64,000 nt of DNA from Macrostomum lignano (Eukaryota). The stretch lies in the NCBI GenBank assembly GCA_002269645.1, contig NIVC01000926.1, positions 310,001 through 374,000 on the forward strand, read 5' to 3'. Every line of letters begins with the position of its first letter. The first letter of the stretch is position 1. The translations under genes were made by a program, and so were the position numbers. Under the pieces are notes generated by a model. The model was given only the letters and a program-made list of their open reading frames with translations, was not told the origin of the DNA and ran no database searches. Shown piece after piece: positions 36,238-62,380 of the stretch.

Positions 36238-38689
36238 ACCGTTGTAGTTCCTCCTGAAAATCATTATGTAAACAATAATTTTAATTACAACAAAACTGCT
36301 ATGGTTGTAGTTGGATTAAAAATGAAGCTGACAAAATGCTTCACTGTACTTCGAAATTTAAGTTAATGCGACACAGTACACTTTGCGCATAGGCACTGAG
36401 CTGCTCATACAAAATAATCGGAACAGACAGACAGACTATCAATAACTGCGAGTTACTTAGTGCAGACAAACTGTTGCAGATTACTGTAAGACACTGGGCA
36501 AGGTGTTTAACCTGCTAACAAAATAATGTTTTGCAGTAGACACACGCAAACCAACTATTAGGCAGTTTAATGATTCGTTGCCCTTTCAGGCCTGGTATTA
36601 TGTTGCAGACGAAAATACAAGTAAGCTCGTGAGAAATTAATACTGCGTTGTGGCACAGACATTTAGTACTGTGTTAGGGCACACAGACACGCACAGACAC
36701 ACTTGTTATATTCAGACCAACTTTTAGCTTAATTATTTAATAAATTAACTGTAATCTCTGAGATATGAGCTGCTGGAATATTGGGGCTTCTTCGATTTTG
36801 GGGTCACTGTGCAATTTACACTCCTGAGGACCAACCCCAAGGCATAGAGTTCACATGCCTGCACTAATTAGAAATTCTGGGCCATATTTGAATGCATATT
36901 TGACAAAGTATTTAATTAAAAACACTAATTTCATAGAGAAATTACCTGACCCTAACTGTACCAAGGCACCAGGTCAGAGGAAACAACTAACTTCCCAAAG
37001 ATAGGCACTAAACATAATTATTACTCACTTCAATAACTTAGGGGGAATATATTATATAGAATAGTGATTGCTGAGTCAGTATAGCTGAAAATAATCAGGT
37101 GGCAAAGCAAACAATGATAAAAAAATTTGTTTAAATTGATTTGTTAATTTTAATTTAATAGTTGCATTAGTGATTGCATGGTAAATTTATAACTAAGATT
37201 ATTTAAAGTGCAATTTTTATCTACTATAAATATTTTGCTAGCTGAAATGCATGTCAGATAGTAACCTTAAAAAGCAACCAATTAATCAATAACTTACATT
37301 TTCCAAAGTGCAGAGATTTCAAGCTGATTATTAAATAGAATATGTAGATCACAAGGACATGAAATTGAAAGTTTATAATTAATTTATATATACAAATTTA
37401 TTTGATTGGTGTATAGAATGGTGTATATTGATATGAATAATTCTAAAAATGGGCCTATTTTTACAATAATTTTATGTGAAATAGCAATGATTTCCCAATG
37501 TTGTTTTCTTTATTCCTTTTTTATCTTCTATCTCTTTTTGTTTCTATTGTTCTTTTCATTTTGAATAGAGTTCAAAATGAAGAGTTCAAACTCTTTCATA
37601 GTTATGAATATGGCTATGGAAGCATATGGATATAGAAGTTTTAGATAGAACATATAGATACAGATATGGTTATAGGAACAAATATTTCCCATATCTAGTT
37701 CTTATATTGAGGCCACTCAATAACTTAGAGAGTCAAGCAATATAGATGTTTGAAAATAAATGCATTTTGTTGTTGGGTTAGTAGGGGTTAAAGTTAAGAT
37801 GAATGTCTTTATTTTCAATGTGAAGGAAGCTCATAAGTCCCTAGGGTGGGGGATTCAAGCAATAGAGATGTTTGACACCAAATACACATTATAGTTAAGA
37901 TAGTAAAGACTCAAGTTAAGCTAAATTAAGCAAATAAAAAGCTGCCTAGTATTTGCCACCATCAACGAAGGTTAAACTACAAAAATTCAAGAGCCTTTTG
38001 CTGCCCAATCTTCCTGGGAACCAACTGATTAGCAGGCCATTATTTTACTTTACTTAAACATTACAAGAACAGATATATGGGGAGACAAGGAAAAAAAAGA
38101 GAGAGAAAAGGAGAAAAGGGAGAATGGAAAAAGAAGAGAGATTAGAGAAGAAAAAGAAAAGAAATAAGAAGGGAAAAGGGAAAAGGGAAAAGAATGATCA
38201 AGTTGATAGACATTAGACATTGAATATCATAGATACATTCTGCACTATCTATATAATACCATTCAAAACTTCATTATGCATTCTTGCAACTAGGCATATA
38301 ATAGCCAATAGCAAAAGTCCCAGTGTCCTATCTATGGCATTCTTGCCAAGTGTTGCTAGCAGGTGGCATATTGCAAATATATGCCTAGCAGGAAAGTTAT
38401 AAAAATTTTATTGGCTAGCCTATTGATTGGATATAGGTATAGATATATTATAGGAAAAAAATCAGGATATAGTTAGGCCTATGTTATATTATATAGTGAC
38501 CTTTGTGAAAGTTTGATATACATGTAGTATGACTTATTTATTTCTAGAAATTTCTCCATAAGGGGCCTAGAATGCAAATTAAATTCTAGAAAGTTCGCTT
38601 ATGTTAGGCCTAAGTAATTTTAATACTTGTATTATACTTAGGTCATTATAGGCCTAGTTACAGATATAGATATAGGCATAAAAAATTGG

Positions 38690-38800
38690 GGCAATCTTCA
38701 AGTTTCGTTCGTTTAATTATTTCCGGAATTATTTCGCCCTCTATTCAAGGGTGGTGGGGGGTGGGTGTTGGAATTAAACGAACGAAACTTGAAGATTGCC
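38690..38800. mobile_element. 111-bp MITE with 29-bp perfect TIR and 8-bp TSD
   Basis: GGCAATCTTCAAGTTTCGTTCGTTTAATT (38690-718) and its exact reverse complement (38772-800). Direct repeat AAAATTGG at 38682-89 and 38801-08. Confidence 0.85.
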
Positions 38801-41294
38801 AAAATTGGCTATGGCAAAACTCAAATATTAGACTTAATGGCCTAGTTAATGAGTTTTAAAATATTAAATAGGCCTAGCTTTATAGACAAGGCCTAGTTAT
38901 CAGTCTTTCTAAGTCTAGTCTAGAAAGGTCAAGTTCACAACCTAAGCCTTAGGCTAAGGTTATCAAAATGAATATAAAATTAAGACATCATATGCTATAA
39001 TATATAGTTAGGCCTAGACTAACAATAACATGTCTAAATAGTAGGGCGTAGGCCCTAATAATAATTTTAAGTTTATTTGGACTATGCCTACTAGACCTTG
39101 ACCATTGACCAGCAGTTTTTCCAGTTTGAATTAATGAATTAATTGTAAATTGGTAGGCCCTATTGGGCTTATTGTTAAAATATAGAAAAAAAATACATTT
39201 AATTTAATTGACAGAGGGCCTAGTTTTTAATTTTATATAGGCCTAGTCGAGCTAGAGCCTAATCATAGGGCCTAATATCAAATGATCTTGATCTGCCTGC
39301 TTTTTAGTTTTGGTCTATCCAAAATTTGGTAAATACTAAATTAATAACACTTTCATAAATACTAATAATATAATTATTAATATTACTAATGCGGGTAATA
39401 ATGACCAGTATTTTCTTGAACCGTGATCCAGTTAGCTGTTTAAGTAGGCTTGGGCCTAGTTCTATATTATTATTTCCTAGCTATTGAGATTTAGCTGCAG
39501 GAAATAAAACTTGGCGATAACGTGGTCACTTTAGTCGTAGTGTTTTATTCTGTAGCAGTTGCATCCGCAAGTAAACGCAATCACTATCAGTCTCAGACCA
39601 AAAGATAGATAGGAAGTTGTATAGGTGTAGGCCTACCGTCGTTGCGTGGGTGGGTGTGGCGCGGGGGAGTGTCTTCTTTCTAAGAATGACAGGTGGTGGA
39701 AGAACGCGCTTAGTGCAAGGTGGCGTCGATGCGAACCAATTCAGTGGAGAGAGACTTTTTTAAATAAATAACTCTAGTTTGAAACAATTAAAAAAATTAT
39801 AATTTATTATAAGAAAGATTGCGAAATAGTTAATTATTTAATTATTTTTAATCATTTTATTTTACTTTACAAAAGTTTTACGCGGTTTTTTAATAAAACT
39901 TTTTTCCCGCGACACATACAGACTGTGGGATTGAGAAAAATATCAAGCAGAAACTACATAAATCGCCCCTTGGTAGGAAGGCGCGTCGCTATAAGAGCGA
40001 CTCCAGGACGACATAAGTCGAGTTGTTTCGATTGAAAATTCAAGACTTACAATCTACTGCATGGGTTCGGGCTCCTACTGTATCTGTGCATTTGATTCAC
40101 GAATAGGTGACATGTACTTGCCCACTTTACATGCCAAGTACATGACATGGGCTTTAGCCCTTAAAAACCTGTTATATTGAGACCCAGATAATATAGCTTG
40201 CGTATGGTGCATTTTTGAATATTGGAATTTAATTGAATTGAATAGCTCTTTTTACATGCATGAAAACCAGTATGTACAACCTCGAACTCCTATTTGACGC
40301 TTTGGTAAAAGCTTTACATGTAGAGTATATATCTTATCTTACATGGTAGAGGTTCTGTGCTGCCAGCTGTATACAATTAGTACATGTAATATGCATGTAC
40401 GCTATTACATTCTGACATTTAAAACAATGAGGCAAAACATGTAATGGTACATGTAATAATTAATGCCGGAAGCAATCCTAAAGGGGCGCCAATAGTATAA
40501 ATGATGTCTAGGGTGGCTGCACCCCTTCTCTCTTGCGGTGGGGTGGGCGCTCGACCTCGACCTGTCCTATCTCTTGGAACCGCCTCCTGTCACTTGGGAG
40601 CGCCACCTGTCTCTTGCCCGGGTCCCCACTTGTCCGCGTCAAATGTCTATGGCCGGCATGGTATGGAAATTTCAGATCCGATTCGCTCTTCTCATTAAGC
40701 TCCTTGAGCACCATCAGTTCAGGTTGATCACTACGTAAAGCACGATTGACAATTTAGGGTTGTTTAATTCTATAATTCTGAGCCAGGAATCCTCGGTGCG
40801 ATTTAATTATCCTCAAAAGTGAAATACTTTATACCATTACTGGCCTAAAAAAAAACAGAATAATTCTGAAATTGCAACACAGCAATCGAATTTACACGAA
40901 AAAGATAACTCAAACAAATGAAACGATAGAAGGTCAGGTCAGCTGGGAAACATGTCCTGATAACAATATACATGTAACAGCCACCATCCAATTCTAAATA
41001 CAAGACAAGGCAAGATGGCAATGGTAAATAGCATAGCAACCGAGGGGCTAGGCCGGCGGGAGCGCAGCAAGGCAGGGACTTCTGCGATATTAACTTACCG
41101 GTAAATTTATATCGCAGAAGTTCCTGAGCAAAGGAGCAGAAAATTGAAAAGGACTCATAACTCACCTCCGCCAATCGCTCTAACTCAAACAAGGCAAAAG
41201 ATGAGTCTATGAGAATTTCCCGCGCGAGTTTTTCCCGCTGCGAGTTTCTCCCGCTGCGAGGTTTTGCCGCTGCGAGGTTTTCCCGCCGACACAG

Positions 41295-41668
41295 CAACTG
41301 ACACTCTGGGAAGCTGGCCCAGCAACTGAGGATCTGGAAGGCTATCCCAGCAACTGACACTCTGGGAGGCTGGCCCAGCAACTGACACTCTGGGAGGCTG
41401 GCCCAGCAACTGACACTCTGGGAGGCTGGCCCAGCAACTGAGGATATGGGAGGCTAGCCCAGCAACTGAGGATCTGGGAGGCTGGCCCAGCAACTGAGGA
41501 TCTGGGAGGCTGGCCCAGCAACTGAGGATCTGGGAGGCTGGCCCAGCAACTGAGGATCTGGGAGGCTGGCCCAGCAACTGAGGATCTGGGAGGCTGGCCC
41601 AGCAACTGAGGATCTGGGAGGCTGGCCCAGCAACTGAGGATCTGGGAGGCTAGCTCAGCAACTGAGGG
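41295..41668. repeat. 28-bp minisatellite (GGCCCAGCAACTGAGGATCTGGGAGGCT)
   Basis: About 13 tandem units. Confidence 0.93.
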
Positions 41669-42568
41669 CTTTGGTTGTCAAGTCCTAGGCAGTGTGAAAA
41701 ATCAAGCCCATTTGCTGTGACTCTTCTACACAAGCTTTGAGCCAAAGGGTGAGCACCGCTGAATATTTTAAGAATTGCAACCCCAACCCCCAGCATGCAT
41801 TTCAATTCGTTTTGCAAAAGAATTAATCTGCTGGGATTAAAACATTTTCAGTGGTTTAGTTTGTCTCTTCTATGCAGAGGTGTTTCTGAAAATCAAATCG
41901 AAATGTTGCTTGATGCAGTCAAAAAATGAGGATTTAATAATTTTTTCTTGTTTCGAAAGGCAGCAATATGACAGTGTGACAATTAGTTAGCAGTAGGGAC
42001 ACTACCGTTTTAACTGGTTGCTTTAGATTCTGCTGTACGTTGTAATTGTTTCGAGGTGTTCACTACTTAAGAAGCGTGTAAAGTAGTGTATTTGGTGCGC
42101 TGTACTATTTTTAGCTGGGTTTTAAAAGCTGATTTCTTTATTCATGCTAGGTTGCTTGTTTGATCACTAATTATTAGCAATAAAAATAGAGAGAAAAAGG
42201 CTTGAAATTTGAAAGCAATTGTCTGGTATTTCGGGCATGGCAGACTTACCTACCGGGCGTTCTTTTAGTCCATACATGTATTTTGACAAGCACTTCTGCA
42301 AGAAAAAACTTCCTTTTGTATTTACCTACTCTAAACTTCGAAAACTGATCTCATCTCGCATGGTCTCATTCTTGCACCTTCATCTACCTATCTTCTTTGT
42401 AAAGCTTTCAGTAAGGTCACCTTGCCCATTACTTCCACTGTTCCTACATAGAATATCCCCATCTCTACAAGCGACTTTCATGCCCCCAACGTGGAACTGC
42501 ACACTCATGTTGGAGCTACATGCAAATTTCAATGTTTTTCTCGCATAGTCCGAAAATTTTCTACTAAG

Positions 42569-43285
42569 TTAGTTGAGACAGAACTTGACCCAGTCGGCGC
42601 TCGTCTCGATCTCCTCCTCCACCTGAGCGTCGGTGAACAGCAGCAGGCGGCAGGCTCTCAGCTTGCTGTTGTACAGCACGTGTCTGCAGTTTCCATTGCG
42701 CATGGCGGCCGCTGTGCACTCGATAGCGCTGCTCACGTCCGTCACGTCTTTGAAGCAGTACTTGGAGTTGTACTGCACTCGCTTGAACTCAGCGGCTCTC
42801 CAGATGGCGACAGACGGCTTTCGGACGCTCGTCTCGCTAGCAAACTCGCAGACAAACCCGGCAGAGAAGCTGCAGGATGTGTCGGCAAGTCGGCCGGAGG
42901 TTTCGGACAGTCGCAGGCAGTCGTCTCCGCTTGGCTCACCCGACTTGAACACGGAATTGTCCTCCGGAAGCTGTCCTCTGCCATTAACCCTCTGCCAGCC
43001 GGACCTGCTGTGGCCTCTTTCATCCGGCAGGTCGCTCACTCAAACCCACAGGTTGCAGTTGGCGCTCGGAATTTCGTTGCTAGCCAGCAGCTGCAGCGAG
43101 CTGTACGAGTTGACTAGCTCGCCCTTGATCGCGGCGCACTGCCGGTTGGCCTCGCACCAGCTGTGACTCTGAGCTGTGCTCACGAACAGGCATTTTTCTG
43201 CCTCGAGTTTGAATGGAGCTGGGCACGGTTGAGCCCATAGCAACACAGGCTGGCTGCACAGGTAGAACAGGAGCAGTAGGAGCAT
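42569..43285 (-). pseudogene. Secreted C-type lectin + PAN/apple-like gene copy A, interrupted by an in-frame TGA (43040-43042)
   Basis: Signal peptide MLLLLLFYLCSQPVLLWAQ, then CTLD (CP..F...EKC..SWCEA...C..GEL...LWV*VSDL..W..GEPSGDDC..LADTSC..FVCE) and a C-terminal C..C..C..Y..C.L module. ORFs 43040-43285 and 42569-43039 are in the same frame. Confidence 0.85.
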
Positions 43286-43897
43286 TTGCTTGACAAGCCA
43301 ATTTTTTTAACGATTCTGCGAGAGGCTGAGCAAGCCTGGCGCTAATCGCATCTTTGCCTGTTCCTTTATACGCGCAGAATTCCGGGGCAAAATTCCTAAC
43401 TAGCTAATTAGGCAGGTAAAAAGGAGGCTTCTAGCATCCGCATGGTGGAGTTTTTCATATATTGGAAGCCCCTTAAACATGAATGGCAATTGTTTGCAGA
43501 GGTTGTGTCTGGTTTGATTTCTAGTTCTCCCCTTCTTGGAAGAACTCACATCTGCTGCGAAACTTTCACACGAGACTCGGCTTAAATTAGGCGTCTCATA
43601 ATTAGAAAAAAGACCTTGACAAGCCTCGAAGTCTAAAATGTCTTTTGTAGCACAATGGGCTCATGAAACTCAGCCAGTTGGCCATGAGAACAGAAAAATC
43701 AGTCATGCAGCTCAACAGAACAAAGCAGGCCCTGTTAAATGACTCAGACGATAACACGGTTCGCTTAATTTGCTTGATAGAATGCCAGAGAATAGACCGA
43801 ACCACGGAGCTTGTGTTTTATTAATCTTAACAGGAAAGTTTCTATTTTAGAGGACCATTCCAAATCGATTTCTTGCACTGTCAAAAGTTTCTTCAAT

Positions 43898-44641
43898 TTA
43901 GTTGAGTCGATACTTGACCCAGTCGGCGCTCGTCTCGATCTCGGCCTCCACCTGAGCGTCGGTGAACAGCAGCAGGCGGCAGGCTCTCAGCTTGCTGTTG
44001 TACAGCACGTGTCTGCAGTTTCCATTTCGCATGGCGGCAGCTGTGCATCTAATAGCGCCGCTCACATCCGTCACATCAGTGAAACAGTAATCGGAGTTGT
44101 ACTGCATGCGCTTGAAATTATCAAGCTTCCAAAAGCCAGAAGTGGATGTCCATGTAGTCGACTCGTTGGAAAACTCGCAGACAAAACCGTAGCGATGGTT
44201 GCAGGATCTGTCAGCAAGGCCGCTATCGTTTAAGCTGCGTAGGCAGTTGGTCCCACCTGGCTCGCTTGGATGGAACAAACTGTTGTTTTCCGGAAGCAGG
44301 CCTTTGCTGTTTATTCTCTGCCAACCAGCCCTGCTAGTGCCTCTCTCATCTGCCAGGTCGCTCAGTCCGACCCACAACTGGCAGCCGCGGTTGTCACTCG
44401 AAATGTTTCTGCGAACCACCAGCTTCACGGACTCGTACGAGTTGACCAACTCACCGCCTATGGAGGCACAGATACGGTTGGCCTCGCACCATGTGTAGCT
44501 GTGCGCTGTGTTGACGAACACGCACTTGCCCGCCTCGAGGTAGAATGGAGAAGGGCACGACAGCAGAGCAAGCAGTGGAGGCAGAGATCCAAGGCAAACC
44601 GCCAAGACGACAGCAACCAAAGTAGTGGTACGAACCGTCAT
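43898..44641 (-). CDS. Secreted C-type lectin + PAN/apple-like protein copy B, 247 aa, intronless
   Basis: Hydrophobic signal peptide, CTLD cysteines, LWVGLSDL, SEPGGTNC, LADRSC..FVCE, and C-terminal CFTDV..RCTAAAMRNGNCRHVLYNSKLRACRL. Confidence 0.9.
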   Translation of the reverse strand: MTVRTTTLVAVVLAVCLGSLPPLLALLSCPSPFYLEAGKCVFVNTAHSYTWCEANRICASIGGELVNSYESVKLVVRRNISSDNRGCQLWVGLSDLADERGTSRAGWQRINSKGLLPENNSLFHPSEPGGTNCLRSLNDSGLADRSCNHRYGFVCEFSNESTTWTSTSGFWKLDNFKRMQYNSDYCFTDVTDVSGAIRCTAAAMRNGNCRHVLYNSKLRACRLLLFTDAQVEAEIETSADWVKYRLN

Positions 44642-45101
44642 GCCAGGACTTAGCGCAAAAGCGAAATTTCATCAGTCTCATCTTGCTTTATTTATAACTT
44701 TATTCAAATGCAGTTACTCCCTTCTTACCGCGTTAATTGTTTAAGAAAAGCCTTCTCGCTAGGCGTCCGTGTTTCCCGTATTGCGTCGGTCGAAGCAACT
44801 TCCTAGCAAAAAACAATGTTCTTTCCGTTTGCTGCATCGATCGCATCAACTTCTATTTAGTAGAGACCAAAAATCCTGCCATTGTTGCATCCCAGCAAGT
44901 CTTCCGTTGTCTTCTTTTTTCTTTCTTTTTTCCTGTCAAATTCCCTATGGCTTGGGAGGCAGTTCCCAACTGTGACTAGTAAAACTCGAGTACAAATTTG
45001 TATGCGGTAAGAGGATGACTTTGTCCATATGATTCTCCTCGTGCCTCCGAGCGGTTTGACAAAGCAACATCGACTGCTTTCCAAGGCTTCTCTGAAAAAA
45101 T

Positions 45102-45390
45102 GGGGTTGTAGCCTTGTGATTGGAGCCTCAGACTCACGACTGGAAGGTCGGTGGTTCGATTCTCGACTCACTACGAGCAATTAGTGTCCTTGAGCAAGAC
45201 GCTTAACTCTGAATTGGTTCAGTTCACCCAGCTGTAAAATGGGTGCCAGCATTAGCTGGGGTAATTGGGGGTGTGTGGCGACCTTCCAGTCCTTGGACTG
45301 AACAGCCGTACGCAGCCTTCAGATGCGCCGCGCAATAGCTGCGGCTGAGCTGTCGGTTGCACGTCTGCCTATTGAGGCAGCTAGGTGTAA
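45102..45390 (+). mobile_element. tRNA-derived SINE with conserved central domain
   Basis: B box GGTTCGATTC (45153) followed by GTGTCCTTGAGCAAGACGCTTAAC and CAGTTCACCCAGCTGTAAAATGGGTGCC. These resemble the conserved cores of metazoan CORE/V/Meta-type SINEs; the exact family cannot be assigned here. Confidence 0.7.
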
Positions 45391-47908
45391 TCAAATTTTA
45401 TTATTATTACTGGAACCGACAAGGACTCGTGGTATGACTGAGACGAACGAAGAAACGCAACGTATGTCTCAATTTCACTCACTTCGCCTTACTTTGGGAT
45501 TCAAAAGGCCCAGATTACTTCAATCGTCCTTGTGTACTGATCCCACCCACTTGAAGACCAATTATGTATATACATATTTTGAGGCCAATATTTAAAAACA
45601 CTGACCATCTCAAGATTATTGGCCCGTAAGTCACAAATCCTACAGCACCTCTTCAAAGAAATTTTATGATGTCTAGAAACACCAAGACATCTTATGTCTA
45701 AGTCCCCTTGGTGTCCTTTGGAGTTTGGAAGTGTGAAATGATAATATACATGTACATGTAAATTTTTAATCAAAGGTCGCGCATAATCTTCCAGGATACC
45801 AAATGCACGATAGCTAAGAGCTTTCATGCACTACATGATGTAACTCCTGCCATTATTATACATGTAGATATCTGTCTGATCGAGCTGCAGATGTCTAAAC
45901 ATACAAATTTGTACATGCATATTTAACAAATTTGTACACGCCGGCATAATTCAGTGTTGAAAACGCAAGTTCATTTTAAACTTGTTAAAGCAGTACAGTA
46001 ACAACTACAACAGGAAGGGTGCCATGATCACACACAAAAGCATAATACATGCACATGCACATGTATATAAATCGACATGAAAAGTTTTATTATTTGTATT
46101 TTCAAGCGAAATGAAAGCATTCCTTGCCATGGATGAGCAGAGCTAGATATTACCTATATAATTTTTGCACTGCATATGCACTGCAAACTAACAAATATAC
46201 GAGGGTATGTGCGTAAGTGCTAGTAACTACTAGCTGTAGGCAATGTACCGCATCATATATGATAACTGACACACTATATATTATAACGCGCGCAATCAGA
46301 CAATCTGAAAAATACACGAAGCAAAAAGCATTTGACGGAGACGAACACAGAAGCTGACAAAAAAAGCTATGTACTGTAAAATACACTAAGCATTAGCTAC
46401 TACTCACAGCCATATCGTTGGTTGTATATGAATCGTAGAGATGTTATAATCACGGTAAAAAAATACAATGACGTGAAATGGAATTGAGCGCAATTGTTAT
46501 AGAGTTATTTTTCATTAAAAAAACCTGTTGCAAATCAAGCAGATCGACAAAATCAGTTTGTAGGAGTACAGATTCCAGTGTGCGCAGACTGCTATTTTAA
46601 TAACATAATATAAAATAGTTGTGTTATCATTATCAGCCAAAAACATTAATCACAGTTATAGTACGGAGTCGTTTCAGGATTTTACAAGTAAAATTAGATT
46701 TTTTAACGTCACATCGATGCAGATTTTATATTACACAAAGTTTGTTTAAATTTGAATTGTCTGAAAAAATGAGCTTACACTCACGTTTTAATCTGAATCT
46801 TTCTGAAAAGTTAATGCCTGTTAGAAAAAATACACAACATAGCTTACAGAGAACAAACTGATATGCACAGGCGTGAAATCTTCCGGCTTTAGTAATCAGT
46901 AACGAAGTAATTACTAATTTCTATTTAAACAAAAAAGTTAATCAAAGAATCTGTATCACAGTCGCAAATAATTCTGAGAGTAGGGTAGTTAAAAAGCCAA
47001 ATTAAAAATAAATTTAAGTTTTAAACTCTACGGAAAAGTATAGCTTGGAATGTTTTCGTTTCAAGAGTTAATCACAAAATACTTTTGAATAAAAATATCA
47101 ACTTTAATTTAACATAAAAAATTCAGCTCTTTTTTGCTGAATTAAGGCATTAACTGCAGGCATAGATAAAATATCCCGAATTTGAGTGGATATTTTTGTG
47201 GGTGGCACTGAGAGTTGCGTAGTAAACGGTTTGGCGGGGCGCTTTAATATCTGTTGTTGGAATTGGAATGATGTCGAATTAAAATTGGGCACAGCAATGC
47301 AGCGTGTGAAAGAGTTCTTACAGAGAAATTGCTACATAAATAGCTGAAATTTTAACTTAGATATTCAAAAAGCATCATTGAGTGACCTTGGTTACTTTTA
47401 GCTACGAGCATAAAAGGTAACAAAATGAGAATAAAGCATTTAAAATCACCTATAAACTTATTTCAACAATGCTCAATGAAAGCGATTAACTGACATTTCC
47501 TTCACCTGCATAGCACTTTCTCTAGCAAATCCTTGTTTAAAAGAAAAGTCGAAAAGCTGCAATGTAAATTAAAACAAAACAATCTCGAAGGAAAAGCACA
47601 CAATTTTATAAAACCCGGAAATGATTTTTAAACGAGTTGAAATATTTCAAAGTGAGCAATTTTGCGAAGAGCTAAGCGGAGCAAGTTATTTAAATACGAC
47701 GTTATTCTCAATCTACATTCAAACTACGCACATCTAACAGTTGCATGGAGAGAAGCAAATAAAGCATAAATAATAAACGCCAATCAAATCAAAAATTGAG
47801 CCGGCTAAAAGCAGCAGAGAGGACAAAAACAAAAATCAACCGACGTAGGTTTGCATTTCCATGAAAAAACAGCCAGTGTTTTTTTTAAAAGCAAATTTAA
47901 AACGTAAC

Positions 47909-60972
<13,064 letters not shown>

Positions 60973-61343
60973 TTTGGTCGGGCTTTATGTAAATTAACCC
61001 GAAAGCCGGAGCGAAGGCAGTTCGGTTGAGTCGACTTTATAATTAGTGCTCAGGTAGGTATATTTAAGGCGTGCCGCAATGACGCAGTGAAAAATTCCTT
61101 TGAGACCAGTTGCGATAAAAAGATAGAGAGATTCTAAGAAAGTCTCGTTTCAAACTGTGACCCTGCGAAGATACGCTGAACTTCTGCTTTGGAAGAAAGA
61201 AAATGTATTTATTTTCTTACCTGCGTTCAACAGAGATCGGAGCTATATAGAAAAATCAGAGACTGCTTAGGGAAACCGAATTGTTCTTTTCTCTCGTTTC
61301 AAACATGACCTTATTTGAGGCTAATACAGAGATTCGCCGCTTC

Positions 61344-61351
<8 letters not shown>

Positions 61352-61407
<56 letters not shown>
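61352..61407. repeat. (CA)n microsatellite
   Basis: Directly visible. Confidence 0.97.
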
Positions 61408-61409
<2 letters not shown>

Positions 61410-62380
61410 TAAATGCACACAGTCTTGCTTTGGTGGGGACTCGAAGCTCTGTTGCTTGTACACGTGCGTACCTTCTCTCTTGAGAAAATAAAGAATTCAA
61501 CGCACAAAACAAATTGCGCAGTATGGCAAAAATGACGAATAGAAAGCCCCCCCCCCGACTGGTGGTCGAATAGTCAGAGAAAATAGGAATTAAAATGAGC
61601 TGCAGGTGGCTGTGTTGCTGTGCCCCACTGCCCCACTCCTGTGCCTTGGCCGACTATGGCTGGCACCGAGTATGCATGCCCCCCGCAGGCTGCCTTACCT
61701 GTTTGAAACGAGTGGCATCATTATTAGCGAACTCAACCTCTCTGACCCACCTCTCACTGTCCCTGTCTATCCTCTGCGTTATTCCTATTTGGCATTTCTT
61801 CTGCTTGACAGCTCATTTCTGACCTTCCTGTTCTCTTGGACATATAAGCTTCTGTTCTGCTCTGTATAAACAGTATGCCGAGTACGTGCACGGGGTTCTG
61901 GGGTGTATAAATTGGATGGAGAGTTACCTAATGCTGGAACTGCACATACAAAAATAAGGGCAAACACACGCAAAATGGCATACATTGATTAAATAAACAG
62001 TCTACTTATTAGCTTACCGAATTTCCTCCTTGATTTCCTCAATAGAAAAGCATTAAAGCAGACAACACGGGATGGAAGTCATCAGGACAAAAATCAGCAA
62101 AACAGTTATAGTTAAGATAAACAAAAAAACAAAAACAACAAGGAGTGACGACACAATTCATAGACATTAAAATTGTTTAAGGAAAAAGGTGGGCAAACAA
62201 AAATTTAATTGAATACCTGCAACTGCTGAGAATTCTAGCTATAATCCCACCACAAACTCAACCAAAACCAGCAAAACTGAAGCATACAGATGCCGAACAA
62301 CATTTATTTGTTTAAATATCGGGTCTACTCAATATTGGGCAGAACCGCATTGAGGCGTCTCGCACTGCTCTCTGGCTTAC

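Noticed and set aside
40501-40740. GC-rich island with several short overlapping ORFs
   Set aside because: No recognisable motif or consistent splice signals; possibly a retroelement scrap, but unsupported.
42491-44653. Plus-strand ORFs 42491-43117, 42633-43166 and 44270-44653
   Set aside because: Antisense shadows of GC-rich lectin coding sequence.
47104-47292. Short ORF containing KPFTT as a possible Shank SAM exon
   Set aside because: No W..DV..WL SAM pattern and no suitable acceptor.
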